Shown one piece after another: positions 54,198 to 64,000 of a stretch of 64,000 bases of DNA (within the stretch, counting starts at the first letter, position 1; the number at the start of each line of letters is the position of its first letter). The DNA comes from Tubulanus polymorphus (taxonomy: Eukaryota; Animalia; Nemertea): NCBI RefSeq assembly GCF_964204645.1, contig NC_134030.1, positions 9,699,222 to 9,763,221 on the forward strand, given 5' to 3'. A model generated the notes under the pieces. The model was not told where the DNA came from. It saw only the letters and a program-made list of their open reading frames with translations, and made no database searches. The position numbers were made by a program, and so were the translations under genes.

Positions 54198-55687
54198 AAA
54201 GCTCTCTTTACATTTCAACCACGATGAAACATACGAAAGTCAAAACCTTCAATTTTGTTTCCGTAATGATTAAGATTTCATTATGCGGGCGATGACCAAC
54301 ACGGAGACGATAGAAGGATCCAGTCTAACCACTACGTGCCTAAGTCAAAAAGGCAACGAATGGCTATTTTCAGACAGGCTTTCCTGGGAAATGGCTAAAT
54401 CCGATAAAAGCTCGTAGTCGCCGCTAACTATTTGCCAAATTAAGCATCGTGCGATCGTTTGAGATCATAATAGCGATACATACTTGGATGTATGAAAAGA
54501 AGAACTTAATGATCGCATGATTATTAGATCGATTTCTACATACTTTAGATAAAATTGTATCTCATCGACTGATTAGACCTTTCGGTATATCTAGGCCTAC
54601 AGATATCGGTGTAGATAAAGCCGCGCATTAGATTCGTTCCCGCGTGGTATTTACGTACAGTATTATAGCTCTAACCGTATTTCGTCCATCGTGCGGATAT
54701 GTCGTCTGTTCGCGTTCTTCGCTCAGTGTCGGTCCCCTGGGTATTTTTCGGTGAACTATATACGCCATCGATCAGCAGCGGCTGTACACGACGTTTGTAT
54801 CGATCTGATCACACACTCTTCGTGCAGTCGAAACGCGCCGGATGATCAGTTTATCCGACGACTAAATGCCCTTTAAGGAGGGATAGCAAAACTTCGAAAG
54901 CACTTAACGTCGTTCGTGATAAAAAGAACGCCGATGTCGTCAGCTTTTGAAGGTATAAGGGAACTTGGCGACTGGTACACCGAAGACTATAGACTTATGG
55001 AGTATAGCCCTAAGCATGCATATACGTATAAAGGTGGTATAATATCTAGTAATGGAAGGGGGTAACTTAAAATACGAGTTACATCGATCCGGAATTCAGT
55101 TTCATAGGTGAATTCACACAGCCGCTGCGGGATACTGATGCTTTTATAAAGGATCAATGTCGTCGTAATCCAATCCGCAATCTCGACTTGGTTGATGCCG
55201 CGTATTCTTTCTGTTTTTGATGTTCTTTCCGATCAATTTTCTGGATGAGACCTTGAGAGATCACAAAGCCATTATGATATCTCATTTTCGTCGAAGTCGA
55301 AACGATTTCTAACACTAAAGAGGTGGTGCGACGTCGAAATTGTAGAAGTTATTTTATTGTTTGGTTCGACTGCTACCAGGTTCAAGCGCCAAGTTACAAT
55401 TCTCAGATGTTAGTCATGTCCAGCTTGGAAACTCTTTCACATAGAAGTATAAGAAAAACTACAAATCAGTATGACTATCGTCGCTATCATTATTTCATTT
55501 TTACCAGTGATTTCGGTAATCTGTCTTGAAAATGGCTCGTAAATTCTGAGTCGAAATGTCGAAGAACTTTCAAAAAGTCCTCGTTTTATAATTGTGGGAT
55601 TCTGTTCTATATCTAACTCATTTGATTGGAAAGGGCCTTGTTATTTTAACCAAATAAACTTGCAATAGTTTTCACAGCTTTCAGACG

Positions 55688-55958
55688 CAGGGGCGGATCG
55701 AAGAAAATTTGAAGCGTGGGTTCCAGAAGAAAAAAAGGTATTTCTCGAATAAAGCAGCCAATTCAAAGGTCTCAATTGGGGCTGCGCGTGGTTCAGCCCT
55801 CGGGTTTAGATATACTTGATGAAATACATCCGAAAAATTGCAGTTTCCTAGGGGATGAGTGTCAAAGGTTTCAACGATCTCTATATTGACGAAAGTGGCC
55901 ATCTCACTGGGACGGCAGGGGTCCGGTTCCCCGAGTCAACACCCTAAATCCGCCCCTG
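55688..55958. mobile_element. MITE with GC-rich TIR; relatives at 631-888, 35058-35344, 40271-40566, about 14660-14855 and 57970-58190
   Basis: CAGGGGCGGAT ... ATCCGCCCCTG perfect 11-bp TIR; internal similarity to 57970-58190. Confidence 0.7.
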
Positions 55959-57254
55959 TGACTGTGAGATATTGTGATGATGCGAGTCATACGTGTGGCA
56001 CACCGTATTGTGTAAGATGAAATCATGAATATTCAAACGGGAAACTGCGTTGCTTATCCAACGCTTCGGTTTTCATCGATATCGCTGTAAACGCGCAATG
56101 GCCACGGTGCTCGAAAGCGACAACCGCGGCTATACATTCAGCGGTGCAACGACCGATTTCAGTACGATCAGATAAACGCGAATTTGGATGCACTCTTAGA
56201 ATCCGGCAACGGATACGTATACGCCGTTATCGAAATTGGCTGACAGAAATGCCGTGCAAAATCCGATCCATCAATTACACAGTTACAAAAATGACGAAAT
56301 GATAAAACAGTCATGAATGAATTACGCTGCCAAAAGCGATGGGACGTTCTTCCCGAATTGAACTGTTAATTAGACAATAATCTATAAGCTGACCGTAGAT
56401 TGGCCTTGCGACTACAAGCGACTTGTTGCGACTGGCAGCAACGATTCAAATGACCGTCCCTCGAGGTCGCAACTGACCGACCTACGCGCTCTGGCGACTG
56501 ACGAGCCGCTAACCGTCGCTGACCAAGGCGCACGGGCGACCCAAGAGCGCCCTTTTTGCGACCAACTGCGACTGCAAGTCAATAACAAATGTGTATGGTC
56601 GAAACTGAAAGGTTACACCAGAATTCCGTAAAAATAGCGGCCATATTAAAAAATGAAAAATTACATCGCGTCTGGGTTTCCTATTTTGTCGTAATTTGGA
56701 TATTTCAATCCAGGGGCCTCAATGGGCTAGGGTCAGCAAAGAAACCATCCGATGCATTTGTTTCTGGTTAAGCCTTTCTGAGCGTATCTTTACTGGTGGA
56801 CTACTACGCCAATCCGTATACAGACTTAGGTTTGTTTCTCGACATTTCATATACTAAAACGAATAAAACGGCCGGCTAGGCGTAGTTTGCGCAAAAGTAC
56901 AGATTGAGCTGAAAAATAGAACACCTGCGCAAAAGTAATCATCGCTGACGATCACGGCGCTTATACTAGAGCATTATAATCCGTATATCGAAATTCACAT
57001 GTTACGCGAGCTTTAAGCGCGATTGTAGTGAAACCGTCGGCAAAATTGCGTATATCAGAACCCAAGCCGCTGTATAGATAGCCGATAAATTGTGTTCAAT
57101 GAAAGAAACGCTGTTTCAAGTTGTATGTGAAATCCTCGTATAGTCGGGTTAATAGTCATTGGCAATTTTAGATTATTAGGGAATAAATATTATAGCTGTA
57201 TTTGACCAGTGTTACAACAATCGCTCTTGGGTGATATCGAAGACGACGAAATAT

Positions 57255-57436
57255 TAGGGGGAAAAGGGTTTCTTGCTATCTATGAACATTGACATCTATG
57301 AACATTTTGTTACATGAAGACAAATTCAGATGAAAGAGGTTTCCTACAAATTTACTTTCTGTTACATGCAAACACAATATCGGGCGAAAAGAGGTTTCCT
57401 ATATGCTATCTATGTACATTGACTTTTTGTTACATC
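57255..57436. repeat. Degenerate tandem repeat
   Basis: GAAA(A)GAGGTTTCCT ... TGTTACAT recurs about three times. Confidence 0.6.
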
Positions 57437-59675
57437 TTATTTTGTACATGATTCAATCTAGTATTCGCTTTTATTCTCGTTTAGTTTAATGAAATCGGTG
57501 CACGGAATCGCTTTGATGGTCGAATATTACTTTTTTCCCGCGCACTTTCTTCGACGGACGGGAACGCTTTAAATCGTAGGCTTTTTTCGAGACGGATGTC
57601 GGTCCCCAAGCCCGGGAACATAAATCTAATTATCAATATAATGTATCGGTATCAACGCCGTGCATTTGGCTAAGTGCATCCCCCCATAACGTCGATGCGG
57701 AAAATAACACAGACGACTAGTCGCGATAAAATGAAGATAATCAGAATTACGAAACAAATATAAAAATGTTGAATTTATTATTCTACAGATAAATTGCGAA
57801 AGTGAACCCCAAAGTTGATAGGGAATCCGAAAGAGGTCTTACACCGGCCGTTACTTTAAAATTCAACAACAAATTCATACCGACCCATCTTCTACGATAC
57901 ATTCTTCCGGGGAAATTCCTGATCAAACAATCGAAGATATGGCTTTAAAAAAACCCTAAATTTTGGCATACCAGTGCCGGACCTAGGAAAAAGAAAAAAA
58001 AGGAATTTCTCGAGTGTAGCAGCCAAGTCAAAGGCCAAGTCAATTTCTGAAGAAAAACAGACGGAAGGTTGCAATTTTCGAGGCGATGACTGTCAAATTT
58101 ACAGGTTTTAACGATCCTTGTCTTGACGAAAAGGATCACCTCACTGGGAAGGCAGATGACCGGACCCCTGAGTCCACTCCATATATCCATGGCATGATGC
58201 AAAGCCCTAGGTCAATTTCATGTAGCGTTCTGTTCGAAAAGTGTCCTCGTTGACTTGACGTCCCGATGGTAAATAATTGTAATATAATCATGATAATCTG
58301 CTTAATACTGTCTATAATAACGGTTGTATCGGGTTGTCAACGCCTGGTTTGAATTACACGAATAGCCCGGTGTTTGAGCCGTTCGTCGACATTGTATCTC
58401 CATTAGTTGCCAGGGCGTAAATCGTCGCATCGGTTTACGCAAATCAGTTTGCCGATTGATCGACTCGCCTCGGCCGCGCGCTTAGTTTTATCGCAAGCAA
58501 TATAGAGATATGATATACACGACCGCGTTCGAACTGCACCCGGGCGACCGGTTGTAAAATGCGACGAATGACGTCGGCGAGCAGACGATATGTGCCGACA
58601 TCAGAAATAAAAATCGAAACCATTTCGGAGTTTTTTCTCGGCAAAACAGATCATTTTCCGCGAATATCTTTATTATGGATTATTTCGTGACAAAATCGGA
58701 CAATTCAGAGCAAATTTTCTCTGAGAACAATATATGAAATGAAATGAATGAATATAGGATCACTGGCTATTCTCGTGGTCTATTCAAAACTGAAGAGTAA
58801 TTCTATATTACATGCACTAATGATCATATCGTCAACGCTAAACTCTGTATCAGCTAGTTGACAATACGAACACCGTTTAATAATGATAATGATAACGTGA
58901 TTTATATGGCGTTAAATCTAGCGAAGCTGCTCAAAGCGCTTTAACGCACAGACTCTTCTGATTGAAATGAATTCATCCTACTCAGTCAAGCATTATATCT
59001 ATTCTCTTTGTTCTTGTAACTGATATGTTGAATTAATAAAATTGCTCGCTTCGACTCGAGGCATTAGCTATTCAGGCAATTTCAGCTCCAGTATGCATAT
59101 ACAACACGCGAAGTCGACGCGACGGATAACTTTCCAATTTCAATCGGTTAACGAAAATAAAAATGCGACACTGCGCATAACGCCGAACTAACGAAGATGA
59201 AAAAGTCTATTTGTCTCCGCGTATTTACCCAGGCTATCGTATTTCTGAAATATCCTATTACGTCCTTTATTCGCGCGCGCGGAGGAAAATAAATATGTTA
59301 TTACTGTTTTTGCATCGGCGACAATGATAAATGTCATATTGTGTTATTGATGATAGCGCGCGAGCGCTGTTTTCGTTTCGTCAACGGAGCGCCGATTTCC
59401 GAGAAAGGATTTCAGGTGGAATGTATACACGGCGCATATAATGCGCGTTCGCGGCGTCTTCATTAGTCATGTTAACTCATATTTTATCAAATCTCTCTCG
59501 GGGACCGCGGCGAAATTTCATCGTTGTGCCGACTAGTCCGCCGTCGAGCACATTAACCGCTCACGTCACGTAGAAAATGAACGCGTAATTAATCGGACGT
59601 CCTCGCCACCGCAAGACGCGTCCCAATACGGCCGGGGCTTAACCTGTCTAACCCGCCAACTAGCCGCGTTTGGTA

Positions 59676-59738
59676 GATGGATGGATGGATGGATGGATGG
59701 ATGGATGGATGGATGGATGGATGGATGGATGGATGGAT
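59676..59738. repeat. (GATG)n microsatellite
   Basis: Directly visible. Confidence 0.96.
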
Positions 59739-59836
59739 AGCGGTATTATATTGGTATGCATCAGTTATAAGTGCACATGCAATATCGAAACACGATGGGA
59801 AGATTCGTAGACGAGCCGTCTTAACCGGGTGAAGAA

Positions 59837-60136
59837 TAAATACAACGAGACAAGTAGTACTATATAGGCTGACTATTTTATTTGACGCACGAGCTTTAGC
59901 TTCTAATGTATAGTAGCTTCGTCAGGTGAATGACTTGTTTGTTTGACGCACGAGCTTTCGCTACTAATATATAGTAACTTCATCAGGTGAATCTATATAT
60001 AGCTACTATACATTAGTAGCGAAAGCTCGTGCGTCAAATAAACAAGTCGTTCACCTGATGATGAAGCTACTATACATTAGTTGCAGAAGCTCGAGCATCG
60101 AATAAACAAGTTAACCTTACTCGTGGCGTTATATTT
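59837..60136. mobile_element. Inverted array of about 61-nt hammerhead-bearing units (two minus, two plus); Penelope-like or retrozyme-like relic
   Basis: TTTGACGCACGAGC recurs at 59881 and 59942; reverse-complement units lie at 60001-60046 and 60047-60110. Confidence 0.7.
59942..59991 (-). ncRNA. Minimal type I hammerhead ribozyme motif with an intact core
   Basis: Minus strand reads CAC-CTGATGA-A-GTTACTA/TATAT/TAGTAGC-GAAA-GCTC-GTG: stem I CAC/GTG, 7-bp stem II, palindromic AGCT stem III. Confidence 0.72.
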
Positions 60137-61334
60137 GATTTCGAAACAAGAAACACCTATGTCGTAGTAATGCGTTTCGATGATGAGAAACGTACTGAAA
60201 CTTAAAAATCACAAGCGCAAGTAGCGAGGAGAAAAGTGGTAATATTGTGTCGTCAAAATGGTGATGATTTTGAACAGTGTTTCTTGTTTCGGAGAAACGT
60301 ACGCAGCCACGTAACGCGCTGGAAATCGTGTCCGTTACGTTTTTATTTTGTGCTTAGCTTTGGGATATTCAGTCTTTACTTAGAACCGCCGTATAACCAC
60401 CAGAAATTAAAGACATCGAAAGTACATTTCGCTCCAAGCCCTATACGGAAGTAACCAGAAACATTTCCAAACCGGCGACCTCCTTCAAGACCAATAGAGA
60501 ATTTTTGAGAATGATAATCTCAGGAGACCAATTTTGCAAAACGTGCTTTCGAAATGCGAAACGCGTGAATCGCAAGAAAGATTAAGTGAAACTACGGACT
60601 AAACTGTTTTATATTAGAACGTTTAGATTCTCGATAATGCAAACTTAAAAATCGAGTCTCCGAACCATTTATCGAGAATATCGTTCGCATTTATTGTCAA
60701 CACGCAGTCGCTTTGGTTATCGGCAAGATCAAAAACCCAACCGGATTATTTCCGGCGAAACGTCAAAACACATTCGGACGCATTAACCCCACACTGTGTA
60801 TATTGGATTCATAAAACACGATCAGCTTCTATTACGGTTTTACGCCGATTCGTACAGCGAGGAAAAGTCACAGAGATTAAGCGCGCGTTCAAGGTGCGGA
60901 AAAAAGACGGAACTATACGTGGATTTATCGTAAGCACTAAACGTTGCTTTAGGGACATGGAGTTAAATATGCACGCAATGTCTTGACAGCTTCGAAACGC
61001 CAAAACAAACCCTCCCACGCGACTGATGACGAAATAGCCGAGGAGAAAAATGGCAACGTCAATTACGTTTTTTACAGTTTTCTGTAAACTATTTCTTCAG
61101 AAAAAAAACCTTCAATTTATCTGTTGTTTGTAAACTATTTCTTCTAAAAAACCCTTCGTTTTTTCTACGGAAACATTTTGTTCTGGCGAACCTTTCATAT
61201 CAACAAATCGTGTTCCTTCTTGGAATTCATCCTGGACAGCATTTCTTTCCTATCAATGGAAACATATTCGATTTGATTTGTTCACCTATTGTGAATTCGG
61301 CAATCGACCCTTTCGTATTTTCTAACATGGTGAT

Positions 61335-61750
61335 AACAAGAAAGAACTTGGGAGTTTATTGACGCCTTAAAAAAATAACACACATATCGCTTGATATTGT
61401 CGAAAATAGATAATAACCTTATTTGTATGATATCAAGGGTCGATATAGATATTTTGGATTTGCACTTGATTATTGAATTGAATTGACCGGCAACCAGTCT
61501 AGCGCAGATATATTAATGACGTAGTGCACATCCTCTCGAAATACTTAGATAATAGAATACGTAAGAGTCATGAAATGTATCCAAATTACAAAATAACGCC
61601 ACAATTCACAAAATGTAATATTATTACTTCTAAGCGACAATATTGATGACGTAGGTAGGCGACATCAACTCACACAAAATCCCTTAAATAACGCATCCTA
61701 GGTATCAGCGTTTGTAAACATTATTGTAACGGTTTTACGGCGTCAAAAAA
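61335..61750 (-). mobile_element. HINE/DINE-1-like copy
   Basis: AACAAGAAAGAACTTGGGAGTTTATTGACGCC ... TTTTACGGCGTCAAAAAA. Confidence 0.72.
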
Positions 61751-63229
61751 ATGTAAATCTTAAGTTTTTTTCAAAAGTTCTAACCCTACCCTACCATTCT
61801 CGACGCCTACTGTTTCGAATCCCTCCCATTGTTATTCCAACATACTTCTCCCTATTCAAATGATAAAATTGGCTCCTTGTCTAACGGCTATATCGTATTT
61901 CAAAAATATCTTGCCAAACAAACAAAAGCCTTGTGGGTGCTTTTCAACAAGACAAAGTGTTGCACTTAATCCGCGAAAACGATTGCTGGCTCACGCGATG
62001 TGTTTAATCTCTAAACAGCAACCGCTTTGGTTTCAATTTCATAAATTGAAAGGATTTTTGATTCGAGGGGAAATTAAATCTAGCATAGTAAATAACCACT
62101 CCCGGTAATATATCGTTGCTCGCGGAAATTGGATTCCGCGGAAAAGCCCAGAGAAAACGACGATCTCTTGTTGTTGCTGGTTACGTCGAAATATTTTTCT
62201 TGTCCGCTTCTTTTTCATCCTCGCAACACGCACAGACGACCGACTCTCGATGAGAACAGCGCATTATAGCCCAAGTGTTACGTACCGCAGACGATAACGA
62301 TCGAAAAGAGAAGCCCCGATCTAAAGTAAAATAACAGATTGCTTTAATCGTCGGTCGATTCATGAATAAAGTATATGTTGTGCAATAGTTCGTGATCAAA
62401 ACGTTGCAAACGCCGTGTCTGAGGTTCGTATATGAAAAGGAATCGACGCTGTGTTCTCTGTTTTTTTCTTTATTCATGTTGTCGGCAGCTTCGGGAATGA
62501 AGATGTGTGGTAGCTAGTGTGCTGTAGAAGAAACGCGATTTGGATCTGGCACTTGTGAAGCGTACTTCAATCCTTTTTGATATCGGAAAATCTTTCTCAA
62601 GTCACTTCTAGATTTTCGAAAAAATGAATCAACTGTATGGCACATCGTGGGCCAGTCTCCAGAATGTTGATTCACTTGTTCATTTTTTGTTTTTGTTTTC
62701 ATTTTCTAATGCCGGCCCTTTTTGGATTACTTTAACCGAAATCCTGTTGGCGTCAAAGTTCGAGTGATATTCTAAATGTCGACGCAGATCCAACCACTTT
62801 TCAAGGGAGAGCGCTGGGTGGTAAATCTTCGCCCAGTATTACGTAGGTATAGATCCCCCATATTCAGTTTTCTATCAAACTAGAATCTAAAACTCAGATG
62901 AAAACCTGGATAATTCTTTTTACAACAAAATTTAGGAATACTTTCCCAGACATTTTATTATTACTTTCAACATATGATTTTCTTCATAGACATTTTCAAA
63001 ACTACCATGATGTCATTTTTAATGCATGTAGCTTGAATGTAACTTGCTAAAAGTCACAGAATAATGTCATTTTTATGCGCGTAGCTTGCTGAAAGTCACA
63101 GATTATCCAAGGTGAAAATTGTGACGACCACCAAATCATGGAGAATTTGAAATTTTTTAAATCAATCAATGTTTTTCAACATAACAATATTGATTTTGTT
63201 GGATTTTGTTATAAAATCACATTTGGAGT

Positions 63230-63322
63230 TTTTTACCATGGGGGATTTTTACCAAGGGGGTTAGTTACCCAGGGGGGATTTTACTGGTGGGATATTTACC
63301 GGGGGGGATTTTTACTCTTCAT
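63230..63322. repeat. Tandem subterminal repeats (GGGGGATTTTTACC-like) of a DNA transposon end; reverse-related to 1113-1176
   Basis: About five degenerate 14-15 bp units. Confidence 0.55.
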
Positions 63323-64000
63323 CTTACGTTTCGGCAATGCGTGCATTCTTCCCGACGCTGCATTTTTACTATCGGAATACATTGGTCGTAACGGCAACAT
63401 GCCGAGTCCCCCTGTCAAAGCGCTGGACATGTCTTAACCTGGCATAATCGAAATGAACAAATCCCGAACTTATCGGGAAAATTGTGCGTAATAAGACGCC
63501 TAGCGGACAAAATAGGAACCACCGAACCCGTATAGATATTTCAGCATCGGATAGAATCAGAACGGTTAAGAGCAGTTGCATTACTAGATACTCAATTCGA
63601 GTTGGTCTCCATTGAAAACTCTCTCGTATAAATACTCAAATCCGCGCTAATGCACCCTCCGCATTTGACAAGGCGATTGAAAACAATATCTCATCTCGCG
63701 TCTTACGGCATTTCCATAAATCACAATACAAAAAAAACCTACGCCGATCATCGATTGTAAATGCGGTACTTACCCTGTCACCGAGTGACGCATCCCGGCT
63801 TTACACGCCAAGCGAAGCGACTCGACCGTCGTTTACGGCGCGGTTAATGACCGCGTAAAGCTACCGTTAACGGGTCGTCGAGTTCCAATAATTGCCTCTT
63901 GATGAGGAACGGTTGCGTCGTCGTCTGGCTAGTTGTAGTCTCTCAATTGTCGGTTGATCCTATTACACCTGTTCACCGGCGGTAGAAGACGAACGACGGC

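Noticed and set aside
56385-56602. GCGAC-rich stretch as a structured RNA
   Set aside because: More simply a decayed DNA-transposon derivative with internal short repeats; no RNA family motif recognised
59881-60110. Regularly spaced repeats superficially like a CRISPR array
   Set aside because: No unique spacers, orientation flips midway, no cas genes, eukaryotic context; better explained as hammerhead units

Overview
Eukaryotic, AT-rich, gene-poor invertebrate (bilaterian, plausibly spiralian) genomic DNA; the species cannot be identified from the sequence. It holds three protein-coding loci. (1) A minus-strand, intron-containing, divergent collagen prolyl 4-hydroxylase alpha subunit gene: 8 phase-compatible exons from 5611 down to 404, with the catalytic 3' exons lying beyond the window start. 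(2) A single-coding-exon rhodopsin-class peptide-receptor-like GPCR (9360-10529, minus). (3) A more divergent single-coding-exon GPCR (46348-47457, plus), followed by the deleted remnant of a tandem paralog. The remainder is non-coding and dense in short repeats: Helentron/DINE-1-like elements, PIF/Harbinger-like and other MITEs, a tRNA-headed SINE, a LINE 3' fragment and microsatellites. The most notable non-coding signals are two palindromic inserts carrying minimal hammerhead-ribozyme motifs of the Penelope-like type (about 52.5-52.8 kb, with a 17-bp target-site duplication, and about 59.8-60.1 kb). I found no prokaryotic-type system such as CRISPR, and I cannot claim a wholly new system. 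All alignments were done by eye.
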